This document shows, one piece after another, positions 1-8,814 of a stretch of DNA of 41,442 nt. Every line of letters starts with the position of its first letter. Within the stretch, counting starts at the first letter, position 1. The position numbers and the translations under genes were made by a program. The notes under the pieces were generated by a model. The model did no database searches. It saw only the letters and a program-made list of their open reading frames with translations, and was not told the origin of the DNA. Source of the DNA: an uncultured Smithella sp. (GTDB taxonomy: Bacteria; Desulfobacterota; Syntrophia; Syntrophales; Smithellaceae); contig CAZXIP010000002.1 of assembly GCA_964640755.1 (NCBI GenBank), positions 1 to 41,442 on the forward strand, read 5' to 3'.

Positions 1-305
1 ACGCCCAGGAATGCCTGGGAGAAATCCTTTCGATAGAATTTCCTGAAATTGATACATATGTAGAACGGGATGAAGCCTTCGGTTCCATAGAATCCACCAA
101 GGCTGTTGTGGACTTGATTGCGTCGGTCAGCGGGACAATTGTCAGCGTCAACGAGGACATCAACGACGACATCGGCATCATCAACAGCGATCCTCATGAT
201 ACCGGCTGGCTGGTTGTGATTGAGATGGACGACATGGAACAGCTGGATGATCTCCTGGATGCTGCGGGATATCATGATTTTGTCATGCAGCAGGAAGCCG
301 ACTGA
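1..305 (+). CDS. gcvH: Glycine cleavage system H protein, C-terminal part (5' end outside window)
   Basis: Frame 3 is open from nt 3 (AQECLGEILSIEFPEIDTYVERDEAFGSIESTKAVVDLIASVSG...). ESTKAV matches the lipoyl-lysine motif of H proteins. The GTG at 108 in the ORF track is internal. Confidence 0.85.
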   Translation, partial: AQECLGEILSIEFPEIDTYVERDEAFGSIESTKAVVDLIASVSGTIVSVNEDINDDIGIINSDPHDTGWLVVIEMDDMEQLDDLLDAAGYHDFVMQQEAD

Positions 306-314
306 ATTTCTTTT

Positions 315-1154
315 ATGATCTGGCGTCTTCTTAATTACCGGTCATGCAGCGCCAGCGAAAATATGGCTATCGACGAAGCTGTTCTTCTGGAAACCATCCA
401 TCACAACAAACCTCCCACATTGCGCTTTTACGGCTGGAGCCGGCCGGCCGTTTCTATCGGCTATTTTCAGGAATTAACAAAAGAGATTAACGATGACCGG
501 TGCCGGTTATCGGATGTTAAGGTTGTCCGAAGGATAACCGGGGGCAAAGCCGTATATCACCGAGACGAAATCACTTATTCTGTCGTGGCAGGAAGTTCGA
601 CAGGTCTTTTTCCCGACGATATTGCCGGAACTTATAGAATAATCAGCCTTTGCCTGTTGCGCGGGCTTTCCAATCTGGGCATCCGTGCAAAGCTGGCTGA
701 AACCGCATCTATCGGTGTGGACAGGAAGCCGGACCTCGACGCATGTTGTTTTTCGGTTCCTGCCGGTAATGAGCTTATGGTGGACGGCAGGAAAATCTGC
801 GGGAGTGCGCAGACAAGAACACGCGGAGGATTTATTCAGCACGGATCACTGCTGATGACATTTGATCCCGTTGAGACAGCTGACATGATTCTGTCATCAG
901 ACGCTCCGGATTGTCATGCAAAACTAAGGAAGTCCGTTACAGCCGTGAATGAGCTGCTTCCTTCGCCTGTTTCTGCAGAGACGCTTTGTTTTGCTTTGAA
1001 AAAAGGGTTTGTTGATGAACTGGGAATCGACATGACGGAAGGAACGTTAACACCGGCTGAAAAGGCGTTGAGCCGCCGACTGGTTAAAAAATATGAAAGC
1101 GATGCCTGGAACCGGGACAGAAAAAAAAAGCGCATTTCACAGATTCATTCATAA
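315..1154 (+). CDS. Lipoate-protein ligase / octanoyltransferase family protein (BPL/LPL catalytic domain)
   Basis: 279-aa ORF starting 9 nt after the gcvH stop. It has N-terminal WRLL..NMAIDEAVL and GRKICGSAQ..GGFIQHGSLL motifs typical of the LplA/LipM class. Adjacency to gcvH fits a lipoylation role. Confidence 0.8.
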   Translation: MIWRLLNYRSCSASENMAIDEAVLLETIHHNKPPTLRFYGWSRPAVSIGYFQELTKEINDDRCRLSDVKVVRRITGGKAVYHRDEITYSVVAGSSTGLFPDDIAGTYRIISLCLLRGLSNLGIRAKLAETASIGVDRKPDLDACCFSVPAGNELMVDGRKICGSAQTRTRGGFIQHGSLLMTFDPVETADMILSSDAPDCHAKLRKSVTAVNELLPSPVSAETLCFALKKGFVDELGIDMTEGTLTPAEKALSRRLVKKYESDAWNRDRKKKRISQIHS

Positions 1155-1312
1155 TATCATGGCGCTATCCCGGTCGGTGGTGCATGTTCCATATAAATTC
1201 CATCTGATCTTGCCGTCAGTTTAAAGCAATTGTTTAAAGTAAAGAACTCGCGGTTGAAAGCGGACTGCCACGATGACGGAAATCCGGTGAGAGATAAAAA
1301 TATTTATTTTTG

Positions 1313-1341
1313 TTGCAATTTTTAATCAGATCGCATATATG
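1313..1341 (+). promoter_or_regulatory. Candidate sigma70-type promoter (TTGCAA-N17-TATATG)
   Basis: -35 TTGCAA at 1313-1318, a 17-nt spacer, and -10 TATATG at 1336-1341, read directly. It sits in an AT-rich stretch of a 465-nt non-coding gap. Confidence 0.35.
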
Positions 1342-1508
1342 GATGCATCGTTGTTCGGGGTATCATGTTTAAAATTGAGCATTTTGCCGCGTACAGCAAG
1401 TTGCATGCGGGTAACCGTGGGAAATCATCAGAGAAATAAGGACTTCTAAACGTCCGCAAAGAGTGGTTTCCAGGCAGGGAGCGTGATTTAATTTTATTGG
1501 AAATTCTA

Positions 1509-1560
1509 GGGTAGTTGACGATGCAGGATGATTTTGCCTGCGTCGTGCTGCCCTTTTTTT
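1509..1560 (+). terminator. Intrinsic terminator-like hairpin plus T7 tract upstream of rpsU
   Basis: GGGTAG (1509-1514) pairs with CTGCCC (1548-1553). ACGATGCAGG (1518-1527) pairs with CCTGCGTCGT (1537-1546) with one G-U pair. The loop is 9 nt and is followed directly by TTTTTTT (1554-1560). Confidence 0.6.
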
Positions 1561-1619
1561 GCGTCTAAAAGTGGAAAATAAAAAATAATGTCTGTAACAA
1601 TGCATGAGGAGGAAAAAAA

Positions 1620-1811
1620 TTGGAAGTTAAGGTTATTGATAACGATGTCGAAAAAGCACTCAAGATTCTGAAAAACAAACTTTCGAAAAGCGGACTATTC
1701 AAAGAATTGAAAGTCAGGCGAGCCTATGAGAAGCCTTCGGTCAAGAAAAAGAGAAAAACGATCGAAGCACGCCGGAGACTGGCCAAGGTTCAGCGCCGCC
1801 GCAGCAATTAA
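1620..1811 (+). CDS. rpsU: 30S ribosomal protein S21
   Basis: 63-aa basic protein (MEVKVIDNDVEKALKILKNKLSKSGLFKELKVRRAYEKPSVKKKRK...), typical of S21. TTG start lies 7 nt after a GAGGAGG Shine-Dalgarno sequence. Confidence 0.9.
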   Translation: MEVKVIDNDVEKALKILKNKLSKSGLFKELKVRRAYEKPSVKKKRKTIEARRRLAKVQRRRSN

Positions 1812-1881
1812 TTTTATTTCGGAATAAAAGACCGGTAATATTTCATTTTTTTCATGTGCCCGACATAAGGGAATGATCAGT

Positions 1882-2532
1882 ATGGAAAAGCAATACCTGA
1901 TTGATGAAATATCCAAGGAAGAATCGTGGCGGATCTTTCGCATTATGGCGGAATTTGTAGAATCCATCGAAATTCTTTCCAAAGTTCATAATGCCGTGAC
2001 AATTTTTGGTTCGGCCCGTCTCAAACCTGGTGATAAATACTATCAAATGGCCGAAAAGCTCGGGATGCTTCTGGCACAAAGTGGATTTTCTGTGATTACG
2101 GGCGGCGGGCCCGGGATTATGGAAGCGGCCAATAAAGGTGCAGCAGAAGCGGGCGGTCAATCCGTGGGCATGAATATCAAGCTGCCTTTCGAGCAGAAGC
2201 CAAATCCCTATGCCAATCTTCAGCTTGATTATAAATATTTCTTCATTCGCAAAGTTATGTTTGTTAAATATGCTATGGCCTATGTGATCATGCCGGGCGG
2301 CTACGGTACCATGGACGAATTTTTTGAAGCCCTGACGCTGATCCAGACCAAAAGAGTGAAAAGCTTTCCCGTAATCCTGATGGGCAGGGACTACTGGCAG
2401 GGTCTGCTGGACTGGCTGAAGGACAGCATGGTACAAAAGAATATGATCCTTCCTTTTGATCTAGAGATGATTCAACTTATTGACGAACCGGAAGAAGTTG
2501 TAAAGCATATCAAGAAATACGTCATCGTTTAA
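1882..2532 (+). CDS. LOG family (TIGR00730) nucleotide 5'-monophosphate nucleosidase-like protein
   Basis: PGGYGTMDEFFE and GGGPGIMEAANKG motifs are diagnostic of the LOG/lysine-decarboxylase-like family. The ORF opens at ATG 1873, but ATG 1882 has better spacing to the AAGGG Shine-Dalgarno sequence. Confidence 0.8.
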   Translation: MEKQYLIDEISKEESWRIFRIMAEFVESIEILSKVHNAVTIFGSARLKPGDKYYQMAEKLGMLLAQSGFSVITGGGPGIMEAANKGAAEAGGQSVGMNIKLPFEQKPNPYANLQLDYKYFFIRKVMFVKYAMAYVIMPGGYGTMDEFFEALTLIQTKRVKSFPVILMGRDYWQGLLDWLKDSMVQKNMILPFDLEMIQLIDEPEEVVKHIKKYVIV

Positions 2533-2564
2533 ACTCAAAATTATCTTCTCCTTGAGAGTCATGT

Positions 2565-3926
2565 ATGACCCTGGAACAAGTTATTGCAGGTTTAAAAAAG
2601 GGAAAAGTTGCGCCCTGTTATCTATTATATGGTGAAGAAGAGTATCTGCTTGGCGAAGCGCTCCAGCAAATACTGGACGTGATTGTCCCTGTGGCCGACC
2701 GTGATTTCGGTCTTTTTTTTATTGATGGTGGAAATGAAGACATTGATCTTTTAAAAGACCATCTGCTTACGCCGTCGCTTTTAGGCGGCCCGAAGGTTGT
2801 TGTCGTAAAAAATACAACCATTTTTCAATCCCGTGAGAATCTGGGTGATCTGATCCGGAAAATTCGTGACAACATCGATGGAAGTCCTGATAAAGCCGCA
2901 AAATATTTTTTGGCCTTTTTGAAAGTGTCCGGCTTTGCCTGGGAAGATATCCGGGGTGCCGGATGGCAGAAAATCACCGACGAGCAATGGCGCAAGGCCG
3001 TGGATGAAGATTCGGGCGGTGACCGGGACAAGTGGCTGCCGCGGATGGTTGAGATTTGTGAAAGCCAGGGATGGATGTTGGACAATATTAAGGATTTATC
3101 CGATCAGCTTGAAGAACTTCTGGCGAATGGGTTTCCCGCGGGGAATTGTTTAATCCTGACTGCCGAAACAGCGGACAAGAGAAAAAAGATTTTCAAGGTG
3201 ATCGACAAGGCAGGCATTGTCCTGCATTTTGGCGTGATAAAAGGAGAATCGGCCACCGGGGAAGTATTTAAACTTGAAGCGAAAAAATTACTTGGCCGCA
3301 ACGGGAAGGGGCTTGCTCCCTCGGCCTGGATCGCCCTCGGGAAAAAGACCGGATTTCAGCTGCGTCCTTCATTAAATGAGCTGCAGAAACTCATTGCTTT
3401 TGTCGGCGATCGTTCCGTCATAGAAGAAAAGGACGTGGAGGATGTCGTAGGGAAAACGAAAGAGGATTCGATATTCGATTTAACAACGGCCCTTGCTGAA
3501 AAAAATGCGCAGGCGGCGCTTATTGCCCTGAAGGCAATGCTTGATCAGGGAATGCATCATTTGATGATTCTGACCATGATCAGCCGCGAAATACGCATGC
3601 TTTTACAGGCATCCCTGCTTGTCCGTTCAGGGAAGCTTCCCATATTCAATTCAAATATGGAATATGGCACATTTCAGAAAAACATTTATCCCGCTGTGAC
3701 CGGCCTGGCGTCAGGTGTATCCCGCAAGGATGATTTGCTGGTTAATAAGCATCCCTTTGTGATTTACAACGCACTTCGTCATTGCGGCCGGTTTCCCTAT
3801 CCTGTTTTGGTGAATTATCTGGATGATTTGCTTAATATGGACCGGGCCATGAAATCTTCGGCTACCGATCCGCAGCTGCTTCTGGAGCGTTTTTTGATCA
3901 AAGCCTGTGCTAGTAAAGCTTCCTGA
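2565..3926 (+). CDS. holA: DNA polymerase III subunit delta (long variant)
   Basis: The N-terminal motif (APCYLLYGEEEYLL...), the later NCLILTAETADKRKKIFK segment and the helical C-terminal domain match the HolA layout. At 453 aa it is about 100 aa longer than typical HolA. Confidence 0.65.
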   Translation: MTLEQVIAGLKKGKVAPCYLLYGEEEYLLGEALQQILDVIVPVADRDFGLFFIDGGNEDIDLLKDHLLTPSLLGGPKVVVVKNTTIFQSRENLGDLIRKIRDNIDGSPDKAAKYFLAFLKVSGFAWEDIRGAGWQKITDEQWRKAVDEDSGGDRDKWLPRMVEICESQGWMLDNIKDLSDQLEELLANGFPAGNCLILTAETADKRKKIFKVIDKAGIVLHFGVIKGESATGEVFKLEAKKLLGRNGKGLAPSAWIALGKKTGFQLRPSLNELQKLIAFVGDRSVIEEKDVEDVVGKTKEDSIFDLTTALAEKNAQAALIALKAMLDQGMHHLMILTMISREIRMLLQASLLVRSGKLPIFNSNMEYGTFQKNIYPAVTGLASGVSRKDDLLVNKHPFVIYNALRHCGRFPYPVLVNYLDDLLNMDRAMKSSATDPQLLLERFLIKACASKAS

Positions 3927-4437
3927 TTTTTGTCTGTGCCTTTCTTTTGGCTTTTGGCAGCCTGCGGGCGGGACCTTTTTTACCGGTCGGTTGTCCGGAT
4001 TCTTCCTCATCCTCGTCTTTTTGTTCCGTGAAGTCGTCACCCGAAGTGGTCAGCTGCCTGTTCACAATCGATTCAAATTCAGTCGATGATAATGTGGCTT
4101 TGCCTTTGCGTGAGGCGAAAGAGCTGATTTCCCGATCAGAAGAGACCACAAGTATTTCTTCATCGGTGGAGGCCGTAATCCTTTTCAGAACATCATCGGC
4201 CTTGACGCCCCGGCTCGAGTAAATGATCTGAATGCCTGAAAGATAGTCCCGTTCTTCCTGCGCTGAACCGCTGATCCAGCCGTCAAAAACAACGGTAATG
4301 CGGTGATCTTTCCTTTTGCGGTATCGGGAAAGCCACTCAATCAGGGCCTTGCGTCCCGCCTCAAGACTATGCCGTTCAAAGCGCTTGAGGTCGATGGACT
4401 GCCGGATCAGATTATAGCCGTCAATAAGGATGTGCAT
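3910..4437 (-). CDS. NYN/PIN-like RNA-binding or ribonuclease protein (YacP/Rae1-like, DUF901)
   Basis: MHILIDGYNLIRQ... N-terminus, VVFDG and VVSSDREI motifs are typical of the YacP family. The C-terminal tail is acidic then basic. Its 3' end overlaps holA convergently by 17 nt. Confidence 0.7.
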   Translation of the reverse strand: MHILIDGYNLIRQSIDLKRFERHSLEAGRKALIEWLSRYRKRKDHRITVVFDGWISGSAQEERDYLSGIQIIYSSRGVKADDVLKRITASTDEEILVVSSDREISSFASRKGKATLSSTEFESIVNRQLTTSGDDFTEQKDEDEEESGQPTGKKGPARRLPKAKRKAQTKIRKLY

Positions 4438-4713
4438 AATTGATTTTTACACATTGCCGCTTTCGGATCAATAAAAAAGTCTGGTATTTTTCTTGACTTG
4501 ACGGTTGTCTGTCTGCTACCGTCCAACATCTTCGGCGGCTGTTGAAAAGGCTCAGATGCTGTGTTGCGATTGAGCTCTGGCGGACAAACGTACAATCACT
4601 GTACGATCCCGCGCTTGATCCTCACGCACGCTTTCCTGATTCTTTTTGAATAGCCTGTTTGCGGTTTCGAAGCGGGAAGCGCCCGCTTGACAATAAATAA
4701 CATGGAGGCTTTT

Positions 4714-5571
4714 ATGGAAATTAAAAAAATATGTGTGCTGGGTGCGGGTTTGATGGGCAATGGAATCGCACAGGTTTGCGCCGCAGCGGGTTTTGATGTG
4801 GCCCTCAGGGACATCGAGCAAAGGTTTATCGACGGCGGCATGAACACCATTAAAAAGAACCTGAACCGGGATGCGGAAAAGGGCAAAATCACCAAAGAGC
4901 AGATGGATGAAATTCTGGGTCGGATCAAACCGACGCTCGATCTGAAGGAAGCAGCCGCGGACGCCGATGTTGTTGTGGAAGTCGTTATTGAACTGATGGA
5001 CCTGAAAAAGAAAGTCTATGCAGAACTGGAAGCTGTTGTCCCTGCACACTGCCTGTTTTTTACCAACACCTCGGGTCTGAGCATTACGGAAATGGCCTCT
5101 ATTACCAAGCGTCCGGATCGTTTTATCGGCACGCATTTTTTCAACCCGGTTCCGGTGATGCGCTTGCTGGAAGTGATCCGCGGGCAGCAGACGTCGGATG
5201 AGACAGTGGAGGTTGCCAAAGCCTGGGGCAAGAAAATCGGCAAGGAAGTCGTCATGGTGAATGAAGCGCCTGCTTTCGTTGTCAACAGGATTTTATGCTC
5301 CATGATTAATGAAGCTTTCTTTGTGCTGGATGAAGGTCTCGCCACGGCTGAGGATATTGATAAAGCGATGCAGCTCGGCTGTAATCATCCCATCGGGCCT
5401 CTGGCGCTCGGTGACCTGATCGGCCTGGATACGCAGCTTCGGATTTGTGAAGGGATGCACCGGGAACTGGGCGATAAATACCGGCCGTCGCCACTTTTAA
5501 GGAAGCTGGTTCGTGCCGGCAACCTCGGGCGAAAATCCGGCCGTGGTGTCTATGACTACAGCAAGAAATAA
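4714..5571 (+). CDS. hbd: 3-hydroxybutyryl-CoA (3-hydroxyacyl-CoA) dehydrogenase
   Basis: [21 protein letters not shown] Rossmann motif and full-length similarity to the Hbd/HADH family. ATG 4714 lies 5 nt after GGAGG. The TTG at 4687 in the ORF track is probably too early. Confidence 0.85.
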   Translation: MEIKKICVLGAGLMGNGIAQVCAAAGFDVALRDIEQRFIDGGMNTIKKNLNRDAEKGKITKEQMDEILGRIKPTLDLKEAAADADVVVEVVIELMDLKKKVYAELEAVVPAHCLFFTNTSGLSITEMASITKRPDRFIGTHFFNPVPVMRLLEVIRGQQTSDETVEVAKAWGKKIGKEVVMVNEAPAFVVNRILCSMINEAFFVLDEGLATAEDIDKAMQLGCNHPIGPLALGDLIGLDTQLRICEGMHRELGDKYRPSPLLRKLVRAGNLGRKSGRGVYDYSKK

Positions 5572-5590
5572 CCGGATTTAAATCGATCAT

Positions 5591-5629
5591 ACGGCGGCCA
5601 TCGTTCAAAACGGGGCCGCCGTTTTTTTT
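5591..5629 (+). terminator. Rho-independent terminator of hbd
   Basis: ACGGCGGCC (5591-5599) pairs perfectly with GGCCGCCGT (5614-5622) and is followed by a T8 run (5622-5629). Confidence 0.8.
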
Positions 5630-5644
5630 GCCGGGAAAAGGGCA

Positions 5645-6304
5645 TTACCTTTTATTGGCCGCAGCCTTCAGGGCAGCGATGGTTTGTGCGTAGTCGGCAG
5701 TGCCGAATACCGCGGCGCCTGCGACAAGAACATCCGCACCGGCCTGTGCAATTGCGGCAATATTAGCAAGATTGACGCCGCCATCCACTTCCAGCAGGGG
5801 CTTTTGCGGAAGCTTCACCATCATCTTATCTGCCCGCGTGATTTTATCCAGAGAACTTTTGATAAACCGCTGTCCTCCGAATCCGGGGTTGACTGACATA
5901 ATCAGCAGAAGGTCAATATCCGGCAGAATTTCTTCAATTTGCGAAAGCGGCGTTGCCGGATTTAAAGAAACACCTGCCTTTTTTCCCGCATTTTTGATGA
6001 GTTCCACGGTACGGTGAAGATGACTGGCCGCCTCCACGTGGACGGTAATGTAATCGGCTCCCGCGGCGGCAAAAGATTCAATATATCTGTCCGGATTCTT
6101 GATCATCAGATGTACGTCAAATGGCAGTGCGGTGGACTTGCGCAGAGCGCCGATAATGGCGGGCCCCATGGTAATATTGGGGACGAAATGACCATCCATG
6201 ACGTCGACGTGAATCCAGTCTGCTCCTGCTTTTTCCACTGCGGTAATCTCTTCGCCAAGTTTAGCTCCATTGGCGGAGAGGATTGAAGGGGCTATCAGTT
6301 TCAT
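5645..6304 (-). CDS. rpe: Ribulose-phosphate 3-epimerase
   Basis: [12 protein letters not shown]...[17 protein letters not shown]...[10 protein letters not shown] motifs are classic Rpe. ATG 6304 follows GGAGAA. The ORF-track start at 6340 is upstream of the Shine-Dalgarno sequence. Confidence 0.9.
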   Translation of the reverse strand: MKLIAPSILSANGAKLGEEITAVEKAGADWIHVDVMDGHFVPNITMGPAIIGALRKSTALPFDVHLMIKNPDRYIESFAAAGADYITVHVEAASHLHRTVELIKNAGKKAGVSLNPATPLSQIEEILPDIDLLLIMSVNPGFGGQRFIKSSLDKITRADKMMVKLPQKPLLEVDGGVNLANIAAIAQAGADVLVAGAAVFGTADYAQTIAALKAAANKR

Positions 6305-6408
6305 GATATTTTCTCCTCTGTCCGAAAGTAAATATACCAAAGCATTGCAACTGTCAACCCTGGCAGGTTTATAGGCTTTAGGCTAATAGGCTCCCCTCTC
6401 CTTTCTGC

Positions 6409-6437
6409 TTGACACGGCACACGAAAAATTTGAATAT
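6409..6437 (+). promoter_or_regulatory. Candidate promoter TTGACA-N17-GAATAT, placing the predicted TSS on the waaA ATG
   Basis: TTGACA at 6409-6414, a 17-nt spacer, and GAATAT at 6432-6437. The A of the ATG at 6444 lies 7 nt after the -10 hexamer. No Shine-Dalgarno sequence lies between them. Confidence 0.35.
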
Positions 6438-6443
6438 GCACCC

Positions 6444-7736
6444 ATGAGATTTTTGTATAATATTCTTTTAATGATTGCCGCTGTGCCCGGGCTTTTATTT
6501 TTCTCTCTGAAAATCCTGATCACCGGTAAATACCGCAACAGTTTTATCCAGAAGCTTGGCGGCAGGCAGGAGTCAATCCTGGCCGGGCTGAAAGAAGGAA
6601 GGCGCGTCTGGATTCACGCCGTTTCTGTCGGCGAGGTGACGGCCGCCGCCCCGATTGTTGCTTCCATTAAAAAGAGAAGGCCGGACGTGCAGGTTGTTTT
6701 TTCAACATCCACGGAAACCGGTCAGGGGATGGCCAAAGGGCTGGTCAAAGAGGCAGATGCCTTTATCTATTTTCCGCTGGATTTTCCATTTGCCGTCATC
6801 AAGACACTGGATCTTGTTCGTCCGGACGTCTTTGCCCTGGTGGAGACGGAGCTGTGGCCGAATTTTCTGGCCGCCTGCAACAGGCGCGGCATTTCATCTT
6901 TAATTGTTAACGGAAGGATTTCCCCCCGCTCTTTTGGCAAATATCAAAAGACGGGGTTTTTCTGGCGGCGGATTCTGGAAAATATTGCTGAAGCCGGGAT
7001 GATTTCCGATGTTGACGCATCAAGAATTGCCGGCATTGGAATGGCGGCGGGAAAAATCAAAGTTCTGGGCAACGCCAAGTATGATGCCCTGGCGGCAATG
7101 GCTTCACCCGCCCTTCACGAAGACATCGCCTCGCGTTTGCAGGTTCAAAAAAATGAAAAATTCCTTGTTGCGGGAAGTACACACCCCGGCGAAGAAGACA
7201 TTGTCATTGAGGCCTATAAAAAAATGCTTGCGCGTTACCCGGAATTCAGATTAATTCTTGTACCGCGACACATAGAGCGAACCCGCGACGTAATCGGTGT
7301 TTTGCGGCAGGCGGGGTTGAATGATATCATAACCTTTACAGAGATCAGGGGCGGGCGGCCGCGCCGTAATGAAAAGGTGATAGTTGTCGATGTCATTGGC
7401 GAACTCTTCAAAATATATTCACTGGGGACGATCGTCTATTGCGGCGGTTCGTTGGTGCCGAAAGGCGGTCAGAATATTCTTGAAGCGGCGGCCTGGGGCA
7501 GTGTGATTTTTTACGGTCCCTCCATGGAAGACTTCAGTCAGGAGGCGGCGCTTCTGGAAGATGTTGGGGCAGGCATCCGCATTCGCGATGCCCGTGAATT
7601 GTCCGAGGGCATGTTAAGGATTCTGGCTGATCCGCAGGACGCCCGGAGACGAGGTGAACGCGGCCGGGCGGTTGTTCTTGCCAATATGGGGGCCGCCGAA
7701 CGTTATGCGGAAATGATTATCAGGTACACGGGCTGA
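6444..7736 (+). CDS. waaA: 3-deoxy-D-manno-octulosonic acid (Kdo) transferase
   Basis: N-terminal membrane helix, then GKYRNSFIQKLGG and WIHAVSVGEV motifs typical of KdtA/WaaA (GT30). 430 aa. Confidence 0.85.
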   Translation: MRFLYNILLMIAAVPGLLFFSLKILITGKYRNSFIQKLGGRQESILAGLKEGRRVWIHAVSVGEVTAAAPIVASIKKRRPDVQVVFSTSTETGQGMAKGLVKEADAFIYFPLDFPFAVIKTLDLVRPDVFALVETELWPNFLAACNRRGISSLIVNGRISPRSFGKYQKTGFFWRRILENIAEAGMISDVDASRIAGIGMAAGKIKVLGNAKYDALAAMASPALHEDIASRLQVQKNEKFLVAGSTHPGEEDIVIEAYKKMLARYPEFRLILVPRHIERTRDVIGVLRQAGLNDIITFTEIRGGRPRRNEKVIVVDVIGELFKIYSLGTIVYCGGSLVPKGGQNILEAAAWGSVIFYGPSMEDFSQEAALLEDVGAGIRIRDARELSEGMLRILADPQDARRRGERGRAVVLANMGAAERYAEMIIRYTG

Positions 7737-7830
7737 CCCCCTTCCCGCGAAAAGAGAAAAGTTCTTTAGATCGTGGTGGAAAAGCAGGCCTAAAAAAGAT
7801 AAGCTGGTGATGTTCAAGGAGGATACACGT

Positions 7831-8814
7831 ATGCAGAAGAAATACGAGGCGCTAAGCGAGCAGGTCAATCTGACAAAAACATTAATGGCGAAATCGGTTA
7901 TTTCCAAATACCTCAACAGAACGAATCTGATCTGCTATTCAGAACTTTCCCGGCTTCTGGGCTGCGAAGCGTTCGTCAAGCATGAAAACCACAACCCGAC
8001 CGGATCGTTCAAGATCAGAGGGGCGCTGAATTTCTTTCATCACATGTCCAGGGAAGAACTGGAAACCGGAATCCTTGTGGCGACCAGAGGCAATCATGGC
8101 CTGGCAATGGCCTGGGCCGGACAATGGTTTCATGTTCCCTGCACGGTGGTTGTGCCGGAAGACAACAATCCGGAGATTAACAGAATCATTGAAAGCTACG
8201 GTGCTGAGGTCATCGTCCATGGTGAAGATTTCTACGATGCCCAGTCATACTGTGATGAACTGGTAGACAGTGCGGGCTATTATTATGTCCAGCAGGGAAA
8301 TGAGCCGGAAATCTTAAATGGCCTTGCCACCATGGGGCTGGAGATTATGGAAGACCTGCCCCTGGCTGATACCATTATTTGCCCCATCGGCGGCGGAGCG
8401 GGCTGTGCATCGCTTCTGAAAACTGTCCGTGCGATCAAGCCGGATATCGAAATCATCGGTGTGGAAGCCCGGAACGCGTCGTCTTTCTACAATTCATGGA
8501 AGAAAGGGGAAATTGTAACACTGGATGAAGCCCATACGATTGCCGACGGACTTGCTGCAAGAACGGTTTTTCATCTGCCTTATGTGATCCTGAAAAACAC
8601 CATCAATGATGTTGTTCTCCTAACCGAAGACGAGATACTCGAAGGGGTCAGGATGGCGCTGAACACCACACATAATCTGGCGGAAGCCGCTGGAGCCGTA
8701 TCGCTGATGGCGGCTTACAAAATCAGGGACAGGCTTTCCGGCAAGCGGGTGGTGATGATCATGTCCGGCGGCAATATGAAGATGGATAATCTGAAAAAAG
8801 CAATCGGCTGTTGA
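7831..8814 (+). CDS. PLP-dependent threonine ammonia-lyase / serine-threonine dehydratase family enzyme (no ACT regulatory domain)
   Basis: HENHNPTGSFKIRGA PLP-lysine motif and a GGGAG glycine loop. About 328 aa, so catalytic domain only. ATG 7831 follows GGAGG. Confidence 0.7.
   Translation: MQKKYEALSEQVNLTKTLMAKSVISKYLNRTNLICYSELSRLLGCEAFVKHENHNPTGSFKIRGALNFFHHMSREELETGILVATRGNHGLAMAWAGQWFHVPCTVVVPEDNNPEINRIIESYGAEVIVHGEDFYDAQSYCDELVDSAGYYYVQQGNEPEILNGLATMGLEIMEDLPLADTIICPIGGGAGCASLLKTVRAIKPDIEIIGVEARNASSFYNSWKKGEIVTLDEAHTIADGLAARTVFHLPYVILKNTINDVVLLTEDEILEGVRMALNTTHNLAEAAGAVSLMAAYKIRDRLSGKRVVMIMSGGNMKMDNLKKAIGC

Noticed and set aside
1121-1129. A9 homopolymer inside the 3' end of the lplA-like gene (..RDRKKKRISQIHS*), a potential slippage or frameshift site.
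   Set aside because: It encodes a plausible Lys-rich tail only 8 codons before the stop. No extended alternative-frame ORF follows, so slippage would have no meaningful product.
1441-1475. CCGCAAAG segment in the rpsU upstream region, reminiscent of the GACGCAAAGCC core of c-di-GMP-I (GEMM) riboswitches.
   Set aside because: The partner GGCAAACC/GNRA-receptor elements and flanking helices of GEMM-I are absent. The resemblance is limited to about 7 nt.
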